Positions 11,951 to 21,981 of a stretch of 64,000 nt of DNA are shown piece after piece. The translations under genes were made by a program, and so were the position numbers. A model generated the notes under the pieces. It was given only the letters and a program-made list of their open reading frames with translations, was not told the origin of the DNA and made no database searches. Source of the stretch: Hyalangium minutum (GTDB taxonomy: Bacteria > Myxococcota > Myxococcia > Myxococcales > Myxococcaceae); NCBI RefSeq assembly GCF_000737315.1, contig NZ_JMCB01000006.1, positions 496,001 to 560,000 on the forward strand, written 5' to 3'. Each line of letters begins with the position of its first letter. Position 1 is the first letter of the stretch.

Positions 11951-13475
11951 GCTTCGCGTGGCCACCATCCTCAACGTCAACGACACCGACGCCAGCCGCT
12001 ACCTGGTGACGCGCATCCTGGAGATGGCGGGCCACCGGGTGATCGAGGCCGCCACGGGGGGCGAGGCGCTGCGCCTGGCCCAGGAGCTGCGGCCGGACCT
12101 CGTGGTGCTGGACGTGCAGCTGCCGGACCTCAACGGCTACGAGGTGGCCGCGCGCCTGCGCGCCAGCCCGGAGACGGCCTCCATCGCCGTCATGCACACC
12201 TCGGCCACCTTCATCACCGCGGACAAGCGGGTGCTGGGCCTGGACAGCGGCGCGGACGCCTACCTCACCCAGCCCTTCGAGCCCGCCGAGCTCATCGCCA
12301 CGGTGAAGAGCCTGCTGCGCCTGCGCCACGCCGAGCAGGAGATGCGCCTGCGCGCCGACCAGCTCGCCGAGGCGGACCGGCGCAAGGACGAGTTCCTCGC
12401 CATGCTCGCCCACGAGCTGCGCAACCCCCTGGCCGCCATCATGACGGCCATCGGCATCCTCGAGCGCAAGTCCTCGGATGACGCGAAGGAGGTGCGCATG
12501 CGCTCCATCATCCACCGGCAGACGCACCACCTGGCGCGGCTGGTGGATGACCTGCTGGACGTCAGCCGCATCACCCGCGGCAAGGTGCAGCTGCGCCGCG
12601 AGCGGATGGACTTGCGCACGGTGCTGCAGCAGGTGTTCACCCTCATCCGCCCGGTGTCCGAGGGCCGCGAGCTGCGGCTGGAGACGTCGCTGCCCGACTT
12701 CCCCCTGTGGCTGCAGGCGGACGCCACCCGGTTGGAGCAGGTGTTCATGAACCTGCTCGACAACGCCACCAAGTACACGGACGCGGGAGGGGCGGTCTCC
12801 GTCCAGGCTTCCCAGGAGGGCGTGGATGGCAGCGCCCGGGCGGTGGTGCGCATCCAGGACACGGGCATTGGCATCCCCGCCAACAAGCTGCCGGCCATCT
12901 TCGAGCTGTTCTCCCAGGTGGACGAGTCCCTGGAGCGCACCCGTGGGGGCCTGGGCATCGGGCTGACGCTGGTGCGCAACCTGGTGGAGCTGCACGGCGG
13001 CACCATCTCCGCCAGCAGCCCGGGCGTGGGCCGCGGCAGCGAGTTCGTGGTGAAGCTCCCCCTGACGGTGGCCCCCCCCGCGCTGGCAAGCACCACCATC
13101 GCCTCGGACGAGAGCAAGCGCCACCGCCGCATCCTGCTGGTGGAGGACAACTCGGACGCGCGTCAGGCGCTCAAGGACCTGCTGGAGCTCTGGGGCCACC
13201 AGGTGGAGGTGGCGCAGGACGGCATGAACGGCGTGGCGCGGGCGCTGGAGGCGCGGCCAGACCTGGCGCTGGTAGACATCGGCCTGCCGGGGCTGGATGG
13301 CTACCGCGTGGCGCAGGAGCTCCGGGCGCGTGTGGGCCAGGCCATCCGGCTCGTCGCCATTACGGGCTACGGCGGGCCCGAGGACCGCCACCGCGCGCTC
13401 CAGGCGGGCTTCGACCACCACTTGGTCAAGCCGGTGAAGCCGGACGAGCTGGACCGGCTGTTGACGGATTTGTAG
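11943..13475 (+). CDS. Hybrid histidine kinase (REC-HisKA-HATPase-REC)
   Basis: ILNVND...VVLDVQLP receiver, LAHELRNPL, NATKY, DTGIGI and GLGIGL, C-terminal receiver LVDIGLP. GTG start at 11943 follows GGAGG. Confidence 0.93.
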   Translation: MVELRVATILNVNDTDASRYLVTRILEMAGHRVIEAATGGEALRLAQELRPDLVVLDVQLPDLNGYEVAARLRASPETASIAVMHTSATFITADKRVLGLDSGADAYLTQPFEPAELIATVKSLLRLRHAEQEMRLRADQLAEADRRKDEFLAMLAHELRNPLAAIMTAIGILERKSSDDAKEVRMRSIIHRQTHHLARLVDDLLDVSRITRGKVQLRRERMDLRTVLQQVFTLIRPVSEGRELRLETSLPDFPLWLQADATRLEQVFMNLLDNATKYTDAGGAVSVQASQEGVDGSARAVVRIQDTGIGIPANKLPAIFELFSQVDESLERTRGGLGIGLTLVRNLVELHGGTISASSPGVGRGSEFVVKLPLTVAPPALASTTIASDESKRHRRILLVEDNSDARQALKDLLELWGHQVEVAQDGMNGVARALEARPDLALVDIGLPGLDGYRVAQELRARVGQAIRLVAITGYGGPEDRHRALQAGFDHHLVKPVKPDELDRLLTDL

Positions 13476-13487
13476 GCCCCAGGGCTC

Positions 13488-13850
13488 TCAGCGCCGCAGC
13501 AGCGCCTTGGCCACCAGCCCGAGCAACTTGACGTAAGACGGGTCCAGCTGCCGCAGGTTGCGCAGCAGCCGGCGAATCTCCGGACGCTCAGAGGGCAGCG
13601 AGGGAGCCTCCGAGGTCCGCGGGCTGGGGGTGTGGTGCGACAGGCCCAGCAGCTCGTCCGCAGACACGTTCAGCTCATGGCACAACCGGAGCAGGGTCTG
13701 GACGCTGGGGAGCATCCCGCCGCGCTCGAGACGGCCGTACACCTCGGTCGCCACTTCGATGCGCTCTGCCACATCAGCTTGCGTGAGCTCCAGGCGCATC
13801 CGGGCGGCACGCGCCGCGGCGCCGATTGTCGATGCGAGTTTTTTGTCCAT
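13488..13850 (-). CDS. XRE-family helix-turn-helix transcriptional regulator
   Basis: LTQADVAERIEVATEVYGRLERGGMLPSVQTL is a typical myxobacterial XRE HTH. Confidence 0.9.
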   Translation of the reverse strand: MDKKLASTIGAAARAARMRLELTQADVAERIEVATEVYGRLERGGMLPSVQTLLRLCHELNVSADELLGLSHHTPSPRTSEAPSLPSERPEIRRLLRNLRQLDPSYVKLLGLVAKALLRR

Positions 13851-14241
13851 GCTTCCTTGCCCGACCCTAAAGGTACGGTTGACGGCCTAAGACGTATGGA
13901 GGCAGACGGACAGAACTTGCCGGGTAGATCTGCGCGTCTTCACCTGGCAGGTCGCGAATCTCGACAGGATGCCGCACTGCGGCGTCAGCGCCCCACTCAA
14001 GACCCCCCAGGTCGTCCCCAGGACCCCCGAGGCGTGTCCGCTCACTTTGGAAACACGGTCTTCCAGCCCAGAGAGGTCCCCCTGCGGAATCTGACCTGGG
14101 AGGTCCCTAGCGCCATGCATGGAAAAGCCGGTTCACCGGGGAACTTACGGGGCCAAATTGGATCAATTCCGCGTGAAATACCCATGGAAAGAGGGCAGCC
14201 GAGCCCCCACTTGGGGCCAGAGTGCCCTAGGCTGGGGGTTG

Positions 14242-15909
14242 ATGGTGTTGGCACTCAGGCGTCGCAGTCTGCTCACGAAGCTGTACATCGCCATGGGGGT
14301 GGTGGCGCTGCCGCTGCTCCTGTTGCAACCGCTGTACATCCTCCCGGCGATCCGGGCCCAGCACAACGATGACCGGGAGCGGGCCCTGCGCCAGGTGGTG
14401 GAGCTCGCCTACGGCGTGCTGGAGGCGAACGAGGCGCGCGTGCGTGCCGGCGAGCTGACGACGGAGCAGGCCCAGACCGAGGCGTCACGGCTGCTGCAGC
14501 AGCTCCGCTACGGCGACTCGGAGTACTTCTGGGTGAATGATCTCTCCACCCGGCTGGTGATGCACCCGCACCTGCCGGACATGCTGGGCCAGGACCAGTC
14601 GGGGTACCGCGACTCGCAGAACAAGGCGGTCTTCGTGGACATCGTCAAGCTGGTGCAGGAGCAGGGAGCGGGCTTCATCTCCTATATGGCAACGCGGCCG
14701 GGAGAGACGACGCCGCTGCCCAAGGAGTCCTACGTGAAGCTCTTCGCTCCGTGGGGCTGGGTGGTGGGCACGGGCGTGTACGTGGAGGACCTGGACAAGG
14801 AGGTGGCTGAGCTCCAGCAGCGGCTGCTCCTGGCGGTGGGGGCGGCGATGCTGCTGGCGCTGCTGGTGGGAATGGCCTTCTCCCGTGCGGTGGTGCGGCC
14901 CGTGCGCGAGCTGGCCAGCGCGGCGCACCGCGTGGAGCAGGGAGACCTGAACGCCACGGTGCCGGTGCACTCCGAGGACGAGCTGGGCCAGCTGGGACAT
15001 GCCTTCAACACCATGGTGCAGGGCGTCCGGGAGATGGTGAAGGGCCTGGCGGACGTGGCGGTCTCCACGGTGGCGGATGCGGACCGCATCCGGCGCTTCG
15101 CGGACAACCTCTCCAAGGCCACCCGTGAGCAGTCGGACCAGCTCCTCCAGCTCGCGGAATCCGTGCAGCAGATGAGCCGGGGCCTCTCCCAAGACGCCGA
15201 GCAGGCTCTGACCGCGGCGGATGCGGCCGCGGGGAATGGGCGCATGGCGGAGGAAGGAGGCGTGGCGGTGCAGGCCGCCTCGCGGAAGATCTCCGAGATT
15301 GTCGGCGTGGTGCAGAAGTCCGAGGAGCGGGTGGTTCGGCTGCAGGCCTCCGGTACGGTGGTGGCGCAGATGCTCCAGCTCATCCAAGACGTCTCCAACG
15401 AGACGAGCGTGCTGGCGGTCAACACGGCCATCGAGGCGGCCCGCGCGGGCGAGCACGGCAAGGGCTTCGGCGTGGTGGCCAACGAAGTGCGCAAGCTGGC
15501 GGACCGCTCTCGCGAGGCGGTGGGACATATCGAAGTCCTGCTGAAGAAGAACCAGGAGGACATCTCCATCGCCGCGGGGCTGATGCAGGACGGGACCTCG
15601 AAGGTGGAGGAGGGCATGCAGCTGTCCTCCACCGCGGGCGAGGCGCTGGCCCGCATCGTCACAGGGACCCGGGAGATTCACACCCGTGTGGGTCAGCTGG
15701 CCGTGGACAGCGCGCGCCAGTCCAACGCGGGTGAGCGGATCGCCGACCGCATCCAGTCCATCTCGAACCACTCCCTGGACGCAGTCACGGGCGTGGAGCA
15801 GATCGCCCAGTCCGTGGTGGACCTGCACCGGCAGGCGCAGCAGCTCTGGGCACTCGCGGCGCGCTTCTCCGCCACGCCAGCGCGGCAACAGGAGGAGACG
15901 CCGCTGTAA
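14242..15909 (+). CDS. Methyl-accepting chemotaxis protein (sCache_2-HAMP-MCP signal)
   Basis: Two TM helices flank a Cache region (LRYGDSEYFWVND...MHP...KESYVKLFAPWGWVVGTGVY), followed by HAMP (SEDELGQLGHAFN) and the hairpin tip AIEAARAGEHGKGFGVVANEVRKLA. Start uncertain (14119-14242). Confidence 0.92.
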   Translation: MVLALRRRSLLTKLYIAMGVVALPLLLLQPLYILPAIRAQHNDDRERALRQVVELAYGVLEANEARVRAGELTTEQAQTEASRLLQQLRYGDSEYFWVNDLSTRLVMHPHLPDMLGQDQSGYRDSQNKAVFVDIVKLVQEQGAGFISYMATRPGETTPLPKESYVKLFAPWGWVVGTGVYVEDLDKEVAELQQRLLLAVGAAMLLALLVGMAFSRAVVRPVRELASAAHRVEQGDLNATVPVHSEDELGQLGHAFNTMVQGVREMVKGLADVAVSTVADADRIRRFADNLSKATREQSDQLLQLAESVQQMSRGLSQDAEQALTAADAAAGNGRMAEEGGVAVQAASRKISEIVGVVQKSEERVVRLQASGTVVAQMLQLIQDVSNETSVLAVNTAIEAARAGEHGKGFGVVANEVRKLADRSREAVGHIEVLLKKNQEDISIAAGLMQDGTSKVEEGMQLSSTAGEALARIVTGTREIHTRVGQLAVDSARQSNAGERIADRIQSISNHSLDAVTGVEQIAQSVVDLHRQAQQLWALAARFSATPARQQEETPL

Positions 15910-15915
15910 GCCGCC

Positions 15916-17436
15916 TCAGGGAGCGCCGTGCTGGGCCGCCAGCTCGCGCCGGTCCACCTTGCCCGCGGCGGTGCGTGGCAAGGCGTCCACGAAGCCCACG
16001 GACTTGGGCGTCTTGTAGCGGGCCAGGCGGTCCTTGCAGTACGCCAGCAGCGCCTCGGCGGTGGGCGCGGTCCCCGGACGCCGGACAACGAGCGCTCGAG
16101 GCACCTCGCCCCACTTCGGGTCCGGCACGCCGATGACAGCCACCTCGGCCACGTCCGGGTGCCCGGCGATGACGCTCTCCACCTCGGACGGGTAGATGTT
16201 CTCCCCGCCGGAGATGATGAGGTCCTTCACGCGGCCGACGATGCGGTAGCAGCCCTCCGCGTCTCGCTCCGCGAGATCGCCGGTATGGAGCCACCCGCCC
16301 GCCAGGGCCTTGGCGGTCTCCTCGGGCCGCCGCCAGTAACCCGCGCACACGTGCGGCCCGCGCAGGAGCAGCTCGCCCACGTCGCCGCCGCCCTCCAGTC
16401 GGGCCTCGACATGGAAGAGCGGCACGCCCACGGCACCCGGCTTGCGCCGCACCTCACCGGACGGGAGCCAGAAGTTGTTGGGCCCGGCTTCGGTGAGCCC
16501 ATAGCCCGTCTTGAACTCCACGCCGCGCGCGAAGAAGCGCTCGAAGACAGGCGTGGGGCAAGGCGCTCCGCCGCTGATGAGGAGCTTGAGCCGAGAGAAG
16601 TCCACCGAGTCGAAGCGCGGGTGGCGCTGCATCTCGATGAACATGGTGGGCACGCCGAAGACGACGGTCACCGTGCCTCGCTGCACGAGGTCGAACACCT
16701 GCTCCACCTCGAAGCCCCGGCACACCACGGAGCCGCCGCCCACGTACACCAGTGGCAGGGTGAAGACGTTGAGACCTCCGGTGTGGAAGAGCGGCGCATT
16801 GAGCAGCGCCACATCGTCCGCGGTGAGGCCCCAGCTCACCACGGTGTTGGCCGCGTTGGCGGTGATGGAGCCGTGGGTCAGGATGGCGGCCTTGGGCAAC
16901 CCGGTGCTGCCGCCCGTGTAGCAGAGCACCCACGGGTCGCTCGCCTGCAGCTCGACGGGAGGCAGCGGCGTGTCCGGCAGGGCCTCCCGCGCGGAGAAGA
17001 GCACATCGCCCTCGGGCCGCTTCGGAGAGTCCACCAGCGGAACCACGTGGCGCACGCTGCGAGCGTGAGGCCGGACCGCCTCCACCTGCGACTGGAAGTC
17101 AGGGCCGTAGACGAGGACCCCGGGCTCCGCGTCCGCGAAGAGCCCCTTCAGCTCCTCGACGCTGAGGCGCCAGTTGAGCGGCTGGAGGATGGCGCCCAGC
17201 TTCGCGCAGGCAAAGATGAGGTCCAAGTACTCCACACAGTTCATCGCGAGCACCGCGATGCGGTCCCCCCGCCTCACGCCCAGCGTGTCGTGCAGCAGGC
17301 GGGCCGTGCGGTTGGCGGCCGCGTTCCACTCGCGGTAGGTGATGCGGCGGCCGTCGCGGAGGGCATCGATGAGCGCGACGCGGTCGGGCGAGAGCAGGGC
17401 CCTGCGCTCCAGCCAGTCATGGACGATGGGCATCAT
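15916..17436 (-). CDS. Acyl-CoA synthetase (FadD-like AMP-binding enzyme)
   Basis: YTGGSTGLPK, GYGLTE, HTGDLA, GRVKDLIISGGENIYP and TAAGKVDR. Confidence 0.93.
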   Translation of the reverse strand: MMPIVHDWLERRALLSPDRVALIDALRDGRRITYREWNAAANRTARLLHDTLGVRRGDRIAVLAMNCVEYLDLIFACAKLGAILQPLNWRLSVEELKGLFADAEPGVLVYGPDFQSQVEAVRPHARSVRHVVPLVDSPKRPEGDVLFSAREALPDTPLPPVELQASDPWVLCYTGGSTGLPKAAILTHGSITANAANTVVSWGLTADDVALLNAPLFHTGGLNVFTLPLVYVGGGSVVCRGFEVEQVFDLVQRGTVTVVFGVPTMFIEMQRHPRFDSVDFSRLKLLISGGAPCPTPVFERFFARGVEFKTGYGLTEAGPNNFWLPSGEVRRKPGAVGVPLFHVEARLEGGGDVGELLLRGPHVCAGYWRRPEETAKALAGGWLHTGDLAERDAEGCYRIVGRVKDLIISGGENIYPSEVESVIAGHPDVAEVAVIGVPDPKWGEVPRALVVRRPGTAPTAEALLAYCKDRLARYKTPKSVGFVDALPRTAAGKVDRRELAAQHGAP

Positions 17437-17445
17437 GGCAGAGGC

Positions 17446-18984
17446 TCAGATCTTCTCTCCACGGGACTTCCAGTACTCGTCACGCATGACGCGCTTGAGC
17501 GTCTTGCCCGCGGTGTTTCGAGGAAACTCGTCGCGGATGACCACCTCGCGCACCTGCTGGTAGCGGGCCTCGACGCGGGAGTTGACCCACTGCCGCAGCT
17601 CCTCGGCCGTGACCGCGCCGGGCTGGCGCAGGAGCACGGTGGCCAGCGGCGTCTCACCCCACTTCTCGTCGGGGACGCCGAACACCGCCGCCTCTTTCAC
17701 CGCCGGGTGCTGGACGATGATCTCCTCGATGTCGCGCGGGTACACGTTCACCCCGCCGGAGATGATGAGATCCTTCATGCGGTCGACGAGGTAGAGGAAG
17801 CCGTCCTCGTCCGCGTAGCCCATGTCGCCGGTGTGCAGCCACCCATCCACGATGGCCTGGGCGGTAAGGTCCGGGCGCTTGTAGTAGCCGGGCATGAGCA
17901 TGGGGCCACGGCCGACGATCTCGCCCACCTCGCCGGGCGGCAGATCCTTCCCGTTCTCGCCCACGATGCGCATCTCGAAGAAGGCGGGCGGCGCGCCCAC
18001 CGAGGTGGGCTTGCGCGCGTACTGCTCCTTGTCGAGCACGGTCATGAAGCCCTCGGTCAGACCGTACAGCTCGGTGAAGACGCCGGGCACTCGGCGGGTG
18101 AGCGCCTCGCGGTGCTCCTTGTGAAAGGGAGCGCCCACGGTGCCCAGCATCTGCAGGGCGGGCAGGTTCTGCGCCGTGAAGCCGGGCAGGCCCATCATGG
18201 CGATGATCTGCGAGGGCACCATGTACGTGTGCGTCACCCGCTCCTGCTGGAACGCGCGCAGCGCCAGTTCGGGATCGAAGTGGTCCAGCAGGACGTAGGT
18301 GGCGCCCAGGTACATCCAGGGCATGAGGGTGAGGAAGGAGCCGTTGAAGACGATGGAGCCCGCGTGCATCACCACGCTCTCGGGAGTCATGCGCCACTCC
18401 GAGGCGAAAATGGTGCAGTAGGCGGCTCTGATGGCGTGGGTGTGGACGATGCCCTTGGGCAAGCCGGTGGTGCCACTGCTGTAGATGATGTTGTACGGAT
18501 CCTCACCGGAGAGCGGGATGTACGGGGGCTCGCGGTCGCTCGCGCCGGTGGTCAGCTCGCCGTACGAGCGGTAGCCCGGAACGCCCTGCGCATCCACCAG
18601 CACGTAGCGATCCGGCTTCATCGCGGGCAGCTCGGCACGGACAGGATCCAGGTGCTCGACAAAGGCCCGGTGGGTGAAGACCAGGTCCGTGTCCGAGTCA
18701 TTGAGGAGCGAGGTGATGCCCCGCCCGCGCAGCAGGGGGCTCAAGGGCACCACCACCGCGCCGATGCGAGCGGCCGCCCAGTAGATGTCGAGCAGCTCCA
18801 GGGTATTGGGCAGCAGGGTGGCGATCTTGTCGCCCTTCTGGATACCGATGCCGAGCAGGGCATTGGCAAGCCGGTTCACCCGTTGGTGGAGCTGGCGCCA
18901 GGTGAGCCGTTGATCCTGGAAGACCACGGCGAGGTGGTCGGGACGGGTGCGGGCGTGCCGCGACAGCAGCGAGCCGATGTGCAT
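17446..18984 (-). CDS. Acyl-CoA synthetase (AMP-binding enzyme)
   Basis: YSSGTTGLPKG, LYGLTE, HTGDMG, DRMKDLIISGGVNVYP and NTAGKTLK. Start at 18984 or 18996. Confidence 0.93.
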   Translation of the reverse strand: MHIGSLLSRHARTRPDHLAVVFQDQRLTWRQLHQRVNRLANALLGIGIQKGDKIATLLPNTLELLDIYWAAARIGAVVVPLSPLLRGRGITSLLNDSDTDLVFTHRAFVEHLDPVRAELPAMKPDRYVLVDAQGVPGYRSYGELTTGASDREPPYIPLSGEDPYNIIYSSGTTGLPKGIVHTHAIRAAYCTIFASEWRMTPESVVMHAGSIVFNGSFLTLMPWMYLGATYVLLDHFDPELALRAFQQERVTHTYMVPSQIIAMMGLPGFTAQNLPALQMLGTVGAPFHKEHREALTRRVPGVFTELYGLTEGFMTVLDKEQYARKPTSVGAPPAFFEMRIVGENGKDLPPGEVGEIVGRGPMLMPGYYKRPDLTAQAIVDGWLHTGDMGYADEDGFLYLVDRMKDLIISGGVNVYPRDIEEIIVQHPAVKEAAVFGVPDEKWGETPLATVLLRQPGAVTAEELRQWVNSRVEARYQQVREVVIRDEFPRNTAGKTLKRVMRDEYWKSRGEKI

Positions 18985-19058
18985 GGGGGCCTTCACCTCG
19001 AAGCGGGGATGCGAACCTCAACCATTCTCATACGAGCGGGCTGCGGGATGTACATGCC

Positions 19059-20396
19059 TCAAGCCGCAGGCCGGTCCTGCGAAGCACCCACTCCGGCCTC
19101 GGGCGCCACCGCCGCGTCCTCCGTGAGCTTCTCGCGGAAGGTCTCCGCGGAGAAGTACACGGCGACGAGCGTGAGGGCCGCGAGCCCGATGAGGTAGCCC
19201 GACACGGGCCAAGACGCGTTGTACTTCTTGAGCAGACCGGTAGCGATGATGGGAGACAGGCCGCCGGCGAACACGGAAGCAATCTGGTACCCGAGCGACG
19301 CCCCGCTGTAGCGCACGCGGGTGCCGAACAGCTCGGAGAAGAAGCTGGCCTGGGGGCCGTACATGGCCGCGTGGGCAATCATGCCCAGCGAGATGGCCAG
19401 CCAGATGAGCCCCACCTCCTTGGTGTCGAGCAGCCAGAAGAAGGGGAACGCCATCAAGGCCGAGGCGAACGCACCCGCCAGATAGACCGGCCGGCGGCCG
19501 AAGCGGTCCGAAGCGGCGCCGAACGCGGGGATGGCCACCAGGTGAACGGCGCAGGCCACGAGCACGCCATTGAGGATGACGAGCCGGGGCAGCTGGAGCC
19601 GCTCGGTGCCGTAGGTGAGAACGAAGGTGGTGATGACGTAGAAGAAGCCGTTCTCCGCCATGCGGGCCCCCATGGCCAGGAAGACCTGCCGCGGGTACTT
19701 GCGCAGGGCCTCCAGCGCGGGGATGCCGGGCACGTGGGCCTCCTGCTTGCGCTTCTCGAAGACGGGAGACTCGGCCACGCTGAGCCGGATGAACACTCCG
19801 GTGCCGATGAGCAAAGCGCTGAGGAGGAACGGGACGCGCCAGCCCCACGAGAGGAAGGCTGCATCGTCCATGCGCGAGAAGAGCGCGAACACGAAGTTGG
19901 CCACCAGCATGCCCGCGGGAGCCCCCATCTGGGGCCAGCTCCCGTAGAAGCCGCGCCGGTTCGCGGGAGCGTGCTCCACGGCCATCAGCACCGCCCCACC
20001 CCACTCCCCGCCCAGACCAAAGCCCTGCAGGATCCGCAGAAAGACGAGCAGCGCGGGTGCCCAGACACCGATGGTCTCGTAGGTCGGCAGCAACCCCACG
20101 GCGAAGGTCGCAGCGCCCATGATCATGAGCGTGGCGCTCAGCATCGTCTTGCGGCCGAGCTTGTCCCCGTAGTGCCCGAAGACCACGCCACCCAGAGGCC
20201 GGGCGAGAAAGCCCACGGCATAGGTGGCGAACGCGGCCATGGTCCCCGTCAGCGGATCGAACGACGGGAAGAACAGCTTGTTGAACACCAGCGCGGCCGC
20301 TGTCCCGTAGAGGAAGAAGTCGTACCACTCGATGGCCGTGCCGATGAAGCTGGCGACGGCCACCTTGAGGATGGACGTATTCGAGTGCTGCGCCAT
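19059..20396 (-). CDS. MFS transporter, metabolite:H+ symporter (ShiA-like) family
   Basis: IGTAIEWYDFFLYG, FLARPLGGVVFGHYGDKLGRK and GLGGEWGGAVLMAVEHAP. Confidence 0.93.
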   Translation of the reverse strand: MAQHSNTSILKVAVASFIGTAIEWYDFFLYGTAAALVFNKLFFPSFDPLTGTMAAFATYAVGFLARPLGGVVFGHYGDKLGRKTMLSATLMIMGAATFAVGLLPTYETIGVWAPALLVFLRILQGFGLGGEWGGAVLMAVEHAPANRRGFYGSWPQMGAPAGMLVANFVFALFSRMDDAAFLSWGWRVPFLLSALLIGTGVFIRLSVAESPVFEKRKQEAHVPGIPALEALRKYPRQVFLAMGARMAENGFFYVITTFVLTYGTERLQLPRLVILNGVLVACAVHLVAIPAFGAASDRFGRRPVYLAGAFASALMAFPFFWLLDTKEVGLIWLAISLGMIAHAAMYGPQASFFSELFGTRVRYSGASLGYQIASVFAGGLSPIIATGLLKKYNASWPVSGYLIGLAALTLVAVYFSAETFREKLTEDAAVAPEAGVGASQDRPAA

Positions 20397-20450
20397 GAGC
20401 TTCCCTCCGGGTGGAACAGCGTCCCTGCGTTACGTCCGCTTCGCTCCCCG

Positions 20451-21887
20451 CTACAGCACCAAGCGCAGGGTGGCGAAGTAGGATGCGTCAGTCTCGTGCT
20501 CGACGTTGGTCTGCTCTTTGTTGTAGCGCGCGTAGCGAGCACCGAGCGCCACCTGATCCGTCAGCCACCACGTGCCACCGATGTTGAGGTACGTCTGCAC
20601 GGTGCGGGTAATGGGCTCGCTGGCGGGGGTTTCGCCAATGGGGGCCACGAAGTTGGGCGAGCGATCCGACACGCGGGCCAGCTCGAAGCCCACGCCTGAG
20701 CGGCCCTGCACGTTCACGTCCAGGCCCGCAGAGAAGGTGTTGGCGAGGAAGCGCGTGGACAGCAGCTGGTCGCCGAAGCCTGGAGTGCTGTTCGTCACGT
20801 CATTCTGTACCCGCGCGTAGTTGACGAACGGGGTGATGAGCAACGGCACGCCCAGGTTGGCCTTCAGCTTGAACAGCAGGTTGCCGCGCACGTTGTAGCC
20901 CTTGATGCGCGGGTCGGTGCGGGCGTTGGTCTGGTAGTTCACGTTGAACGACTGGACCATCGTCTTCGCCTCGAACAGCTCGTGCGTGTACGTGAGCGAC
21001 GGGCTGAGCATCACGAAGTGCAGGTCGTCATCGGGCTGGCCGATGCGGAAGTTGCCCAGGGGCCGCTCCCAGAGGCGGCTGCCGCCACCGAAGGTGCCAC
21101 CCACCTGGAAGGACGACGAGGTGCTCAGCGGGTTGGCGGCCGTGAGGTTGAAGCCCGCGCGCAGCCCGCGCCACTCGTAGCCCGCCTGGACGCCCTGGCC
21201 ACGGTTGAAGCCGCTGTAGAGCAGCGGGTCGCGCGTGTACTTGTCCGCCAGCAGCACGTCCGCGATGTGGGTGGAGATGAAGTCCACGCTGGCGGGATCC
21301 AGGACGATGCCCGCGTCGACGGTGGCGTTCCAGCGCTGCAGGCGAACGTACTGGTCGCGGACACTGAGCGAGGCAGTACCCTCCCAGATGCCGGAGCCGT
21401 GCGCGCGAATGTTGCGCTCGAACTCGCTGCGGAAGGACACGTAGGGCCCCAGCTTGCCCTCGAAGCCGAAGCGCGTGAGCGCGATGGTCGTCGTGCGGCT
21501 CTCGCGGTTCTTGTTGAGCGTCTGGATGAGCTGCTCCACGTGCACGCCGCCCGCCACAACCAGGATGGGCTTGGCGTAGAACGTGTCGTCCCCCACCGCG
21601 AGGCGCGGGCGGGTGGCCGGCGGAGGAGGGGGCGTCAGCAGCTCCGACTTCCCGGCCTGCTGCGTACCCGTGGGGCTCTGCTCGGCGGGAGCGGCAGGAG
21701 CGGCCGTCTGGCCGGAGCCCTCGGGAGCGGCCTCCTTCGCCTGTGAGGCAGCGCGCTCGGTCTCAGCGCCCGTCGAAGCCGAGGAAGGTGCTGCCGGAGC
21801 CGCATCCGCAGGAGCCGCACCCGCTGCCTGCGCCCACGCGGAAGAAGTCCACAGAGCCACCACACACAACGCGAAGAGACGCTTCAT
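20451..21887 (-). CDS. Putative outer-membrane beta-barrel (porin-like) with a Pro/Ala-rich N-terminal linker
   Basis: Sec signal (ending AWA-Q), ~90-aa P/A/Q/S-rich linker, then alternating amphipathic beta-strands to the C-terminus. Confidence 0.65.
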   Translation of the reverse strand: MKRLFALCVVALWTSSAWAQAAGAAPADAAPAAPSSASTGAETERAASQAKEAAPEGSGQTAAPAAPAEQSPTGTQQAGKSELLTPPPPPATRPRLAVGDDTFYAKPILVVAGGVHVEQLIQTLNKNRESRTTTIALTRFGFEGKLGPYVSFRSEFERNIRAHGSGIWEGTASLSVRDQYVRLQRWNATVDAGIVLDPASVDFISTHIADVLLADKYTRDPLLYSGFNRGQGVQAGYEWRGLRAGFNLTAANPLSTSSSFQVGGTFGGGSRLWERPLGNFRIGQPDDDLHFVMLSPSLTYTHELFEAKTMVQSFNVNYQTNARTDPRIKGYNVRGNLLFKLKANLGVPLLITPFVNYARVQNDVTNSTPGFGDQLLSTRFLANTFSAGLDVNVQGRSGVGFELARVSDRSPNFVAPIGETPASEPITRTVQTYLNIGGTWWLTDQVALGARYARYNKEQTNVEHETDASYFATLRLVL

Positions 21888-21981
21888 GGAATCAAGCCTG
21901 CAGATGAGGGGAAGGAGGTCGAGCCGGGCCCTGGCTCCCTCGTGAGGCGAGAGCCGGGCCCTTCTCTGGGGAAAACGGGAG

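Noticed and set aside
21921-21962. GAGCCGGGCCCT direct repeat inside a small hairpin region
   Set aside because: Only two GC-rich copies; not distinguishable from chance or from an intra-operon RNA stability element.
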